64,000 nt of DNA, from assembly GCA_963713825.1 (NCBI GenBank), contig CAVQNG010000003.1:1728001-1792000 (forward strand), given 5' to 3'. Position 1 is the stretch's first letter. Each line of letters begins with the position of its first letter. Position numbers and translations under genes: made by a program. This stretch comes from an uncultured Acidobacteriota bacterium. GTDB taxonomy: Bacteria > Acidobacteriota > Thermoanaerobaculia > Multivoradales > JAHEKO01. Below, piece by piece: positions 21,513-30,966 of this stretch. The notes under the pieces are model-generated. The model saw nothing but the letters and a program-made list of their open reading frames with translations, was not told where the DNA came from and did no database searches.

Positions 21513-21564
21513 ATGTAGAATCTACGCCTCTGGAAGGCGAAATTCAAGACCGAGGAGGTGATCC

Positions 21565-22368
21565 ATGGCAGATCTCGCGATCGCAGTCATCCATGGCATG
21601 GGCAGTCAGACGAGAGACTTCGCGGAACCGGTGATCGAGGAGCTCAGTCGGCGGGTCCAGAAGAGGGGAAAGGACCCGGCAAGGATTGCCTGGCAGCCGA
21701 TCTATTGGGCGGATCTTCTGGATGGCGCTGAGCTCGCCTACTTCAATCGGGCGAAGAACCGGGGCAGCCTCGACTATCTCCGGTTGCGAAGATTCGTGGT
21801 GACGGCTTTCGGGGATGCAGTCGCCTACCAACCCGTTGCGAGCCAGCACAACACGACCTACCAGGACGTTCACGGCCGGGTCCGTGAGGCGATTCACGAG
21901 CTGTACGTAGAGGGTCTGGGATCGAAGCCGAAGCCGCTGATCGTCCTCGCCCATTCCATGGGTGGGCACATCCTGTCCAACTACATCTGGGATGCACAGA
22001 AGGGTGGAGACACCAGCGTGCCGCCGTTCGAGCGCATGAGCTGGCTTTCTGGGATCGTGACCTTCGGTTGCAACATTCCTTTGTTCACCTTCGCCTACTC
22101 GCAGGTCGAGCCCATCGAGTTCCCGCCCTCGAGGCTACGCGACGATCTCAAGGAGAGGGCGAAGTGGCTCAACTTCTACGATCCCGACGACATCCTGGGC
22201 TATCCGCTGAAGCCGATCAGTGAAGGCTACGCCGAGGTCGTCACCAGAGACGTCGCGATCAATGCCGGAGGTGTCTTTTCGAGCTGGAACCCGCTCTCCC
22301 ACAATGGCTATTGGACAGACAACGACTTCACGAAGCCGGTAGCGCACTTCATCTCCAGCTTCCTCTAA
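21565..22368 (+). CDS. Alpha/beta-hydrolase-fold hypothetical protein
   Basis: Motifs VIHGMG, nucleophile elbow AHSMG, TFGCNIP, W.NFYD.DD.LGYPL and H..YW. SD GAGGAGG. Confidence 0.8.
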   Translation: MADLAIAVIHGMGSQTRDFAEPVIEELSRRVQKRGKDPARIAWQPIYWADLLDGAELAYFNRAKNRGSLDYLRLRRFVVTAFGDAVAYQPVASQHNTTYQDVHGRVREAIHELYVEGLGSKPKPLIVLAHSMGGHILSNYIWDAQKGGDTSVPPFERMSWLSGIVTFGCNIPLFTFAYSQVEPIEFPPSRLRDDLKERAKWLNFYDPDDILGYPLKPISEGYAEVVTRDVAINAGGVFSSWNPLSHNGYWTDNDFTKPVAHFISSFL

Positions 22369-22382
22369 CCTCGGGCTATCTC

Positions 22383-23915
22383 TCAGCCACCGTTGATGAA
22401 GTCCACGATGTCGTCCGACAGGGCCTCGAGCGAGGGCTGATAGAGGTACATCATGTGGCCGCCTTCGTAATTCTTGATGATGAGGCGCTCGGGGTCGATG
22501 CCGCTGTGCTGGAGCATGTACTCCGTGGCGAAATACGAGGTCGTCAAGTCGTGATAGCCGCCGGCTGAGAACACCCTTAGCGCCTCGTTGTCCTTTGTCC
22601 CCTGGGCCATCTGTCCGGTTACGTCCACATAGCCGGCAAAGGCTCCGGAGCGATTCGACGGCCGCTTCCAATTCTGGTTGGCCTCGCCGCTCTGCCCGAC
22701 ATAGCGTTTGACGAGATCGACTCCCAGGTCATTTCGCAGGTAGCTCTGGAAGGTGGAGACATAGATCGGTCCGGTCTTGGCGGAGAAGGGGTCGCCGTCC
22801 GGGAACTCGGCCACGTCGTCGAGCTCGTCCTGGGTATAGCGCCCGTCGAGAAGGCCGACCGACAACCCCTCGTCTCGCAGTAGCTCCTTGATGAACCGAA
22901 TCGCGTAGATCCGCAGATCGCTACGCAGAATGTAGCTCTCGGACAGTCCTGTGTAACGGGCCAACTTGGCTGCTACCCGTTGCTTCTCGGCGGTGTCCAG
23001 AGTGTCGCCTTTGAAGAGAGCTGCCAGATAGTCGTTACCTGCGAAGGTTTCCACCTCGGCTAGCAGGGTCTCCAGGTCGGGCCATTCATCGGGCAGCTTG
23101 CCGTGATAGTAGGCCGAAGCCGCATAGGCCGGTAGGTGAGTGGCGTAGGGCAGGTCGTTGCCGGTCACGAAGAACGGCAGGGTACCCATGTTGAGGGCTG
23201 GCGAGACCAGGATCAGCCCGTTGAGGCCAATATTGAGCTCCTGCTGCAAGCGCGGTACCAGCAACGCCGTGCGAATGCCACCATAGCTCTCGCCGAGGAT
23301 GTACTTCGGTGAATTCCAGCGATTGTGCTGTGTGATGAAGGTGCGGATGAACTCGGCGACCGAGTCGGCGTCCTCGTTGTAGCCCCAGAAGTCCTCGTTT
23401 TTCTTCTCACCCAGGGCTTTGCTGAAACCCGTGCCGACGGGATCGACGAAGACGAGATCAGTGGCTCGAAGGAGGGTCCAGGGGTTGTCCTTGAGCCGGT
23501 AGGGCGGGCCGCCCGGATCGGAGGCATCGCTGGGAATGTCGATCAGCTTTGGACCGACCAGGCCGAAGTGCAGCCAGATCGAAGACGACCCGGGCCCGCC
23601 GTTGAAGATGAAGGTCACCGGCCTGTCCTCCGGGTTCTCGACCCCGTCCTGGGCATAGGAGATCGTGAAGAAGCTCGCCGTCGGCTCGCCTTCTGCATCC
23701 TTGAGGTAGATGTCCTCGGCGGTGACCGTGTAGCCGATGTCTGTGCCAGCGCTCTGAAGGCGGTGGCTGCTCTCGAACTTCAGCGGCTCCGGCGGCGCCT
23801 TGGCTTCCTTTTTGGGCTCTTCGGCTCCCTTTTCCTCCTGGGCGTAGGTCACAGCGGCGAAAGCGGAACAAGCGAAGACCAGAGACCACGTGATGGCGAG
23901 ACTTCTTTTGAACAT
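22383..23915 (-). CDS. S10 serine carboxypeptidase, secreted
   Basis: Motifs FNGGPGSSS, DLVFVDPVGTGFS, GESYGG and YEGGHMMY. Signal peptide, with SD GGAGG before ATG 23915. Confidence 0.93.
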   Translation of the reverse strand: MFKRSLAITWSLVFACSAFAAVTYAQEEKGAEEPKKEAKAPPEPLKFESSHRLQSAGTDIGYTVTAEDIYLKDAEGEPTASFFTISYAQDGVENPEDRPVTFIFNGGPGSSSIWLHFGLVGPKLIDIPSDASDPGGPPYRLKDNPWTLLRATDLVFVDPVGTGFSKALGEKKNEDFWGYNEDADSVAEFIRTFITQHNRWNSPKYILGESYGGIRTALLVPRLQQELNIGLNGLILVSPALNMGTLPFFVTGNDLPYATHLPAYAASAYYHGKLPDEWPDLETLLAEVETFAGNDYLAALFKGDTLDTAEKQRVAAKLARYTGLSESYILRSDLRIYAIRFIKELLRDEGLSVGLLDGRYTQDELDDVAEFPDGDPFSAKTGPIYVSTFQSYLRNDLGVDLVKRYVGQSGEANQNWKRPSNRSGAFAGYVDVTGQMAQGTKDNEALRVFSAGGYHDLTTSYFATEYMLQHSGIDPERLIIKNYEGGHMMYLYQPSLEALSDDIVDFINGG

Positions 23916-24149
23916 GATGCTCCTCCGAATAGAGCCTTCTCTTGGGCAGAGACTTGACGGTGGAGTATACGTGCCTCGGCTGTCTGGGTTGCGCGACCCC
24001 CTATCGAGGTAGGCCATCCAATCAGGGGCGAAACGTTGAATCCCACCTGTTTGGGTGGCCCAATTTCGGCATCTCGAGACTAGACTGCGAACCTCAGCGT
24101 GCTACAGTCAAACGCACCCATCAAGACAAGACCCAAGGAGGCTCAAGTC

Positions 24150-26456
24150 ATGGCAGACCGATCGACACGGTGGTACTTAGTCGCAATCGCTCTCGCTCTG
24201 GTTCTCGTCGCATTTGGCGGACCCACGTTCGCTCAAGAGACGGCAGAGGATGCCGAGGAAGCTGCGGAAGAGGGCGACACTCTGGCAGCCGAAGAGGAAG
24301 CCATTCTGGACGAGATCGTCGTTACGGCACAGAAGCGTGAACAGAACATTCAGGAAGTGCCGATATCGATTACCAGCATGAACCGGGAGGAAATCGCGCT
24401 TCTCACGGTCAGCGCTCTCGATGTCCGCTTTCTTTCGGGTCGCGTTCCCAGCCTGCTGATCGAGTCCTCGTTCGGCCGCGCCTTTCCGCGGTTCTATATT
24501 CGCGGTCTCGGCAATACCGACTTCGACCTCAATGCCTCGCAGCCGGTCTCCATGGTCTATGACGAGATCGTCCTCGAGAACCCGGTCGTCAAAGGCATGC
24601 CGGTCTGGGATGTGGAGCAGATCGAAGTGTTGAGGGGTCCTCAGGGAACTCTGTTCGGGCGCAACACTCCCGCCGGCATCGTCAAGTTCGACTCGGTCAA
24701 GCCGTCACAGGAGTTCGACTCCTATGTCCGCGCCTCGTATGGCACCTTCGACAGCATCGATGTCAAAGGTGCAGTCGGTGGGCGGTTGACCGATACGTTC
24801 TCGGCTCGCTTCTCCGGCCTCTATCAGGGGCGTAGCGACTGGGTGGACAATGACTTCACTGGTGAGAAGAACGCTCTTGGTAGCAACGAGACCGTCGCCT
24901 ATCGGCTGCAGTTTCTTTGGGAGCCCAACGACCGGTTCGACGGCCTCATCAATCTTCATGGTTGGTCAGTGGATGGTACTGCGCGACTGTTCCGGGCCAA
25001 CGTCTTCGACAAGGGTTCCAACAGCGTCGTGGACAGCTTCAGTCGTGACAAGGTCGCCTACGACGGCCTCAACGACCAGCAGATCGACTCTTTCGGCGGC
25101 ATGATGAAGCTGAACTACGAGTTCGACTTCGGCACTCTGACTTCGGTCACTGGCTACGAAACTCTGGACATGTACAGCCGGGGCGACATCGATGGCGGCT
25201 TCGGAGCAGTCTTCGCGCCGCCGTCTGGGCCTGGTTTCATCCCGTTTCCATCGGAAAGCGCCGATGGCCTGCCGTATCTGGATCAGTTCACACAGGAGTT
25301 TCGACTCGCCAGCAACTCCGACCAGCGGCTGAGCTGGCTCGGTGGGCTCTACTTCTTCAACGAAGACCTGCAGGCAGATACATTCAGCTACAACACTCTC
25401 GGCGGCAACGAGCAGGACGGATACTCCTTCCAGAAGCAGACCTCCGACTCCTGGGCCGCCTTCGGTTCTCTGGATTACAATGCTACCGACCGGTTGAGCC
25501 TCCAGGGAGGGCTGCGCTACAGCAAGGACAAGAAGGACTTCTCTGCCGAGCGCCCGGACCCGACCTTCCAGACTCCAACCTTCGAGCCCATCACGGAGAA
25601 GACCGACTCCGATTTCACCAGCTGGGACCTGACGGCCAATTACATGGTGGGTGCCGACGTCAACGTCTACGGCCGGCTCGCCACCAGCTACCGGGCCCCC
25701 AGCATCCAGGGTCGTATCCTGTTCTGCGCCGACTTCGAGGGCGGTCTTAATCCCGACACCAACTGTGTGGACGTCGCCGATCAGGAGGAGATCTTCTCGG
25801 GTGAAGTGGGCGTCAAGACCGAGTTGCTCGATCGCACGCTGCGCTTGAACCTGGCGGCCTACACCTTCCAGCTCGACGGGCAGCAGATCGTGGCGGTCGG
25901 TGGTGTCACCAATACCGCTACGCTGCTCAATGCTGACAAGACCGATGGCTACGGATTCGAGGCTGACATCGATTGGGCCCCGAACCAATCGTGGCTGGCG
26001 ACCTTCGGCCTGAGCTACAACAGCACCGAGCTCAAAGACGACAATCTCACCGTGGCTGCCTGTGGTGGCGGTTGCACCATCACCGACCCGATCGCTGCCG
26101 ACGGCTCGGTGATCGTCAACGGCAACAGCCTGCCGCACGCTCCCGAGTGGATTTTCAACGGCATCGTCGACTACCGGAAGCCGCTCGGCAACAACCTCTT
26201 CCTGGCCGCTCTCGATTGGGCCTACAACAGCGAGAAGCGCTTCTTCCTCTACGAGTCGGAGGAGTTCAAGTCCGATTTCTTCGAGCTGGGTGTGCGGGTC
26301 GGTTACACTTTCGCTCAGGCCAAGTACGAGGTGGCGCTGTTTGGCCGCAACATCTTGGACGAGGTCATTGTCAACAACGGTATCGACTTCAACAACCTGA
26401 CGGGCATGGTCAACGAGCCCCGCATCTGGGGTCTCGAGTTCGTCGCCCGGTTCTAG
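24150..26456 (+). CDS. TonB-dependent outer-membrane receptor
   Basis: TonB box DEIVVTAQKREQ, plug motif IEVLRGPQGTLFGRNTPAG and a C-terminal aromatic residue (GLEFVARF). SD AAGGAGG. Confidence 0.95.
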   Translation: MADRSTRWYLVAIALALVLVAFGGPTFAQETAEDAEEAAEEGDTLAAEEEAILDEIVVTAQKREQNIQEVPISITSMNREEIALLTVSALDVRFLSGRVPSLLIESSFGRAFPRFYIRGLGNTDFDLNASQPVSMVYDEIVLENPVVKGMPVWDVEQIEVLRGPQGTLFGRNTPAGIVKFDSVKPSQEFDSYVRASYGTFDSIDVKGAVGGRLTDTFSARFSGLYQGRSDWVDNDFTGEKNALGSNETVAYRLQFLWEPNDRFDGLINLHGWSVDGTARLFRANVFDKGSNSVVDSFSRDKVAYDGLNDQQIDSFGGMMKLNYEFDFGTLTSVTGYETLDMYSRGDIDGGFGAVFAPPSGPGFIPFPSESADGLPYLDQFTQEFRLASNSDQRLSWLGGLYFFNEDLQADTFSYNTLGGNEQDGYSFQKQTSDSWAAFGSLDYNATDRLSLQGGLRYSKDKKDFSAERPDPTFQTPTFEPITEKTDSDFTSWDLTANYMVGADVNVYGRLATSYRAPSIQGRILFCADFEGGLNPDTNCVDVADQEEIFSGEVGVKTELLDRTLRLNLAAYTFQLDGQQIVAVGGVTNTATLLNADKTDGYGFEADIDWAPNQSWLATFGLSYNSTELKDDNLTVAACGGGCTITDPIAADGSVIVNGNSLPHAPEWIFNGIVDYRKPLGNNLFLAALDWAYNSEKRFFLYESEEFKSDFFELGVRVGYTFAQAKYEVALFGRNILDEVIVNNGIDFNNLTGMVNEPRIWGLEFVARF

Positions 26457-26493
26457 CTCGATTTCTGTGATCTGACGACAGCTACAATCCATC

Positions 26494-27954
26494 ATGGCTG
26501 TGACAAGGGATCTGGTGCGTACCTGCGCCAGATCCCTTTTTCTATCTCCGCTCCTCGCGCTGATGCTCGCGTGCCAGGCGCCGACGGCTGAAGCCCCGCC
26601 CGCTTCCGCGCGGGCCGACGCCACCGTGCTCCTGGTGATGGGCGGCACGATCGTCACCTTCGATCCCGACGGCAGGGTGATCGAGGATGGAGCAGTTGCA
26701 ATCGAGGACGGTCGAATTGCGGCTGTCGGTCCGGCGGCAGAGATCGAGGGCGCATACCCCGAGGCTCGGCGTATCGATGCCGAAGGCGGTCTCATTCTTC
26801 CCGGCCTGATCAACGCCCACACTCACGCTCCGATGGTCTTCTTCCGCGGGCTCGCGGATGACCTGGAGCTCATGGAGTGGCTCGAGGAAGTCGTGTTTCC
26901 GGCTGAGGCCGAGCACGTTGACGAAGGGCTCGTGCGGTGGGGCACCCGACTCGCCTGCCTTGAGATGCTCCGCGGTGGCATCACCACGTTTGTCGACATG
27001 TACTACTTTGACGACACGATCGCCGAGGAGGCCGAGCGCTGTGGGATGCGGGCCGTGGTCGGAGAGACGCTGATCGACTTTCCGGCTCCCGACAACAAGA
27101 GCTGGGAGGAGGCCATCGACTACACGCGGGCGTTCGTCGAGCGCTGGCGCGGGCACCCGAGGATCACCCCAGCGGTAGCACCGCACTCGCTGTACACGGT
27201 TTCGACAGAACACTGGCGCGAGGCTCATCAGCTGGCCGAAGAGCTGGACGTTCCACTCCTGACGCATCTGGCCGAGGGCCAGGCGGAAATCGACCGGGTG
27301 CTCGAGGCCACTGGGATGACCTCCATCGAGTACCTGGAGCACCTGGGCTTCCTGGACGATCGGCTGGTGGCCGCCCACGTGATCCTGCCAACACCCAACG
27401 AGATCGAGCTCCTGGCACAGCGCGGCGTCGGTGTGGCTCACTGCCCACAGTCGAACATGAAGATCGGCGCCGGGGTGGCACCAGTGCCAGCGATGATCGC
27501 GGCCGGCGTGGCCGTGGGGATCGGCACCGACGGCGCCGGCTCCAACAACGATCTGAACCTCTGGGAAGAAATCGACACAGCGGCAAAGCTGCACAAGCTC
27601 GAGAGTGGCGACCCAACCGTGCTGCCCGCCCGCCAGGCCTTGGGGATGGCCACCATCGAGGGTGCACGCGCCCTGAACATGGATGACGAGATCGGCTCAT
27701 TGGAAGTGGGGAAGCGGGCCGACCTGATCATCGTGGCAACCGATGGCCTTCACCAGCAGCCCCAGGATCCTGCCGCCAATCCATACGCCTTCCTCGTCTA
27801 TTCGACCAAGGCCTCTGATGTGAGGACCGTCATCATCGAGGGTCAGGTGGTTGTCGAGGACGGTGAGATCCTGACCCTGGACACCGCGGAAGTCCTCGAA
27901 AGGGCCGCCCACTACCGAGCCATTCTGACCGGTCCTCGAGATGAGCCCCGCTAG
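26494..27954 (+). CDS. Amidohydrolase, MTA/SAH (nucleoside) deaminase-like, with lipoprotein signal
   Basis: Motifs PGLINAHTH, FRGLADD, GITTFVDMY, APHSLYT, HLAE, HCPQSNMK, GTDGAGSNN and GSLEVGKRAD. Lipobox LMLAC. Confidence 0.88.
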   Translation: MAVTRDLVRTCARSLFLSPLLALMLACQAPTAEAPPASARADATVLLVMGGTIVTFDPDGRVIEDGAVAIEDGRIAAVGPAAEIEGAYPEARRIDAEGGLILPGLINAHTHAPMVFFRGLADDLELMEWLEEVVFPAEAEHVDEGLVRWGTRLACLEMLRGGITTFVDMYYFDDTIAEEAERCGMRAVVGETLIDFPAPDNKSWEEAIDYTRAFVERWRGHPRITPAVAPHSLYTVSTEHWREAHQLAEELDVPLLTHLAEGQAEIDRVLEATGMTSIEYLEHLGFLDDRLVAAHVILPTPNEIELLAQRGVGVAHCPQSNMKIGAGVAPVPAMIAAGVAVGIGTDGAGSNNDLNLWEEIDTAAKLHKLESGDPTVLPARQALGMATIEGARALNMDDEIGSLEVGKRADLIIVATDGLHQQPQDPAANPYAFLVYSTKASDVRTVIIEGQVVVEDGEILTLDTAEVLERAAHYRAILTGPRDEPR

Positions 27955-28097
27955 ATTGCGGGAATTTGCGATGGACCCGGAACTCACGACCGTGGCAAAC
28001 GAGGTCCCATCACTCTAGAATCCGGCCGCCACTCGGAGAAGTGTGGCTCCGACTATCCGGTCCCCGACCGGGGTTCGATCTTAGAGGGCACTTGACG

Positions 28098-28676
28098 ATG
28101 ATGATGCCAGACTCTGGTTTGTGGGCCCTTGTCGGGATTCCCGTCATGATCTTCTTCGCGCGGATCATGGACGTCACCCTTGGAACGATGCGGATCATCC
28201 TCGTTTCCAAGGGACAGCGAAGCATCGCACCGTTCGTAGGTTTCTTCGAGATTCTGGTTTGGTTGGTGGCGATCGGGCAGGTCGTCCAGAACCTGGACCG
28301 GCCGCTCAACTACTTCGCCTACGCCGGTGGGTATGCTGCAGGGACCTGGCTGGGCTTGGCTTTGGATGAGAAGCTTGCTCTGGGACTCCTCGCCGTGCGG
28401 ATTATCACGCGAAAAGACGCGCAGGAGCTCATCGAGAACCTCAAGGAGAGTCAGTTCGGTGTCACGAGCGTGGCGGCGCGGGGATTGACCGGGCGGGTTC
28501 GCTTGATCTTTACCGTGGTGCGGAGGCGTGAGCTGAAACAGGTGATGGCTGTCATCCGGGCCCACAACCCGCAGGCTTTTGTCTCGGTCTCCGATGTGCG
28601 CGTGGCGACCGAGGGGTATTTCTCACCAACCAGCTCGACCTACCCACGTCTACTAGACTCGCTGCGGAAGAAGTAG
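28098..28676 (+). CDS. DUF2179/UPF0316-type membrane protein with C-terminal PII-like domain
   Basis: IFFARIMDVTLGTMR, GFFEILVW, YAGGYAAG, FGVT...G..G and I...NP.AF..V.DVR. Confidence 0.88.
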   Translation: MMMPDSGLWALVGIPVMIFFARIMDVTLGTMRIILVSKGQRSIAPFVGFFEILVWLVAIGQVVQNLDRPLNYFAYAGGYAAGTWLGLALDEKLALGLLAVRIITRKDAQELIENLKESQFGVTSVAARGLTGRVRLIFTVVRRRELKQVMAVIRAHNPQAFVSVSDVRVATEGYFSPTSSTYPRLLDSLRKK

Positions 28677-28718
28677 CGCCTCCTGTCGGACGAAGAGCGC
28701 GGCAATCGCGCCCTGTGC

Positions 28719-30950
28719 TCAGACGAGCTTGCCGGCGAACTCTCCAGCGTTACGAACGAAGACGGTGGTGTTCAGGCCCTCTGTCAGCTGTTCCATTCGC
28801 TCCGCGTATGCGGCCTCACCACCAACCGCGGGATCCTGAAGGCCGAGGAAGACCAAGTCGGCACCGGCACTGCAGCGGCGGATGATATCGGCAATCGATT
28901 CGTTCGGCGGCTTCATGAGGATCTCTGTGTCCGCATGAATGCGAACCTCTTGCAGCAGGGACTGCAACCCCTCCTGCTGGAGCTTCATCTCCTCTTCACT
29001 CCTCGAAATCGAGCGAATCACGATTCTCGCGTCGCTCCACTCCAGGTTCAGGCTGAGCAGGTAGGCGAGCATCAACATCATGTCCCCGTTATTCTCCAGG
29101 CCACCCCACCACAAGTCGATGCGCTTTTCCTGCCCTGGTTCGTGGGCCCAGTTGAGCCGCGCTATCAGAGTGCTCTTGCCGACTTTCGACAAACCCCGCG
29201 TGATGCGCAGCCAGGCCTCCAGCCGGCCTGGTTTCTGGGGCCAGCCCACGAGGACGGTGTTCGATTGCAGCCCGGCGATGCCATTGGCCTGTACAGCATC
29301 GATAACGCCGTGCTCGAAGTCATGGACGACATTCACCTCGCTGAATGCGACAAGCGCATTGCTGTCGAGTGCCCGGTCCATCTCGTCGTGCCACTGCTCG
29401 ACGTCGAAGTCCTCCTTGGTCAGGTCGCCGACCACCAACTGACTCGCGGTGACGATGCCACGGCCCTGGTTGAACCAGTTGGCAAGGCGTACGAGCCCGA
29501 TTCTCTTGTCGGGATCGCCGACGAACACGAGGATGTGCGGGCGCCAGTTGCGAGGATCTCGCCCATGCGACCGCAACTTCAGCAATGCAACTCGGGCGAT
29601 CGACATCCACACGCCAGCCCTCGCGTCGCCCCAACGTCGCTGCAGGGAGCGCCGCCGCAAGTACAGGTACAGCGCAGACTCGAGGCCGATCGCGATCACG
29701 CAGGCGACAGGGCTGATCAGAAACATCACGATAATAGCGCTCGCTGATCCGAGCAGAGAGGCGGCCCACGGAACCTTGATGGTCGGACGGTAGGACGGGT
29801 CGCCGGAGATCTTCTCTGCGGCGGCGCTCAAGTTGATGGTCACATAGAGAGTCAGAAAGAGAATGGTGACGAACTGCGCGACGGCGTTCAGTCCCCCGAG
29901 GGCGACCGCGATGAGCGCGATTGCACCGCTGATCCAAGTAGCGATGGTCGGCTGACCGCTCCTCGACAGGCGTGCCAGGAATCGCGGGGCCAAGCCGTCC
30001 TTGGCCAGCGCCTGCAGCACTCGAGGCCCTCCTAGGGCACTGCCGAAAGCCGACGACAGGATGGCTCCCAGCATTCCAGGAAAGACGAGCCAGACACCGA
30101 GAAAAGCCACAGCAGTCCAGGCGCCGACTCCCGGAACCGCCAGTTGCTCCGGACTCAGTCCGACTGTCACCGCTAGCAGTATCGGTACCAGCAGGTAGAC
30201 CAGTGTACCGGTCAGAACTGCCAGCAAGGTGCCGGCAGGGATCGAGCGTCGCGGGTTCTTCAGATCACCGCTCAATCCGATACCAGCCGTGAAGCCCGTT
30301 ACGGCTGGGAAGAAGACCGCGAAGACGTACCAGAATCCACCGCCGGCGCTGCGATAGGAGGGGGTGAGTGACGGAGCGTGAAAACCGTGAGCCAGGACGC
30401 CGGCCGTCAGGGCAATGAGAGAAGCGCCAACGGCGATCATGATCGGTATCTGGAGGCGCAGTGCCAGCCCCGCACTCTTCCCGGCCACGGCGGTGATGAC
30501 CACCACCGTCAGGGCAGCGATCAGTTGAACCAGCCTCGGGGACCCACCGTCCATTTGTGCTGGCAGTAGGGCGACGATGGCCTCGGCCAGACCAAAGGCG
30601 TAGAAAGTGATGCTCAGCGTGCGGCAGAGATAGAGAGGAATGCCGATAGCGCCACCCAGCTCGAGACCGAGACTGTGGGCCACCATGTAGTACTCCCCAC
30701 CGACCCCAACCCGCATGTTGGTGGCCAGGGCCGAGGCGCTCAGGGCCGTGATGAAGGTAACCGAGCTGGCGAGGAGCACGATCAGGACGGTCAGGGGCAG
30801 ACCCACGTTGCCCACGACCCAGCCGAAGCGCAGGTACATGATGAGGCCGAGAATCGTCAGGACACTCGGAGTGAAGACACCGAGAAAAGTGCCGAACTTC
30901 TCAGCTGGTGGATGCTCTGTGGCGGGGCCGCTCAGCTCGTCGCTGTCCAT
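28719..30950 (-). CDS. Prokaryotic cation-chloride cotransporter (CCC/SLC12 family)
   Basis: Motifs KFGTFLGVFTP, LGLIMYLRFGWVVG, GGEYYM...LG...GGAIG, FAVFFPAVTG..AG..LSGDLK.P..SIP.GT, RNWRPHILV and IDLWWGG. Confidence 0.92.
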   Translation of the reverse strand: MDSDELSGPATEHPPAEKFGTFLGVFTPSVLTILGLIMYLRFGWVVGNVGLPLTVLIVLLASSVTFITALSASALATNMRVGVGGEYYMVAHSLGLELGGAIGIPLYLCRTLSITFYAFGLAEAIVALLPAQMDGGSPRLVQLIAALTVVVITAVAGKSAGLALRLQIPIMIAVGASLIALTAGVLAHGFHAPSLTPSYRSAGGGFWYVFAVFFPAVTGFTAGIGLSGDLKNPRRSIPAGTLLAVLTGTLVYLLVPILLAVTVGLSPEQLAVPGVGAWTAVAFLGVWLVFPGMLGAILSSAFGSALGGPRVLQALAKDGLAPRFLARLSRSGQPTIATWISGAIALIAVALGGLNAVAQFVTILFLTLYVTINLSAAAEKISGDPSYRPTIKVPWAASLLGSASAIIVMFLISPVACVIAIGLESALYLYLRRRSLQRRWGDARAGVWMSIARVALLKLRSHGRDPRNWRPHILVFVGDPDKRIGLVRLANWFNQGRGIVTASQLVVGDLTKEDFDVEQWHDEMDRALDSNALVAFSEVNVVHDFEHGVIDAVQANGIAGLQSNTVLVGWPQKPGRLEAWLRITRGLSKVGKSTLIARLNWAHEPGQEKRIDLWWGGLENNGDMMLMLAYLLSLNLEWSDARIVIRSISRSEEEMKLQQEGLQSLLQEVRIHADTEILMKPPNESIADIIRRCSAGADLVFLGLQDPAVGGEAAYAERMEQLTEGLNTTVFVRNAGEFAGKLV

Positions 30951-30966
30951 GGATGAGGTCCCTACT

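Noticed and set aside
23916-24149. Riboswitch (cobalamin/TPP) upstream of the TonB receptor
   Set aside because: Only short hairpins are present, and I recognised no conserved aptamer motifs.
24966-26822. 618-aa minus-strand ORF and other long antisense ORFs (e.g. 11146-12276, 18788-20137, 35320-36630, 49405-50676)
   Set aside because: These are shadow ORFs opposite well-supported genes, expected in high-GC DNA, and carry no recognisable motifs.
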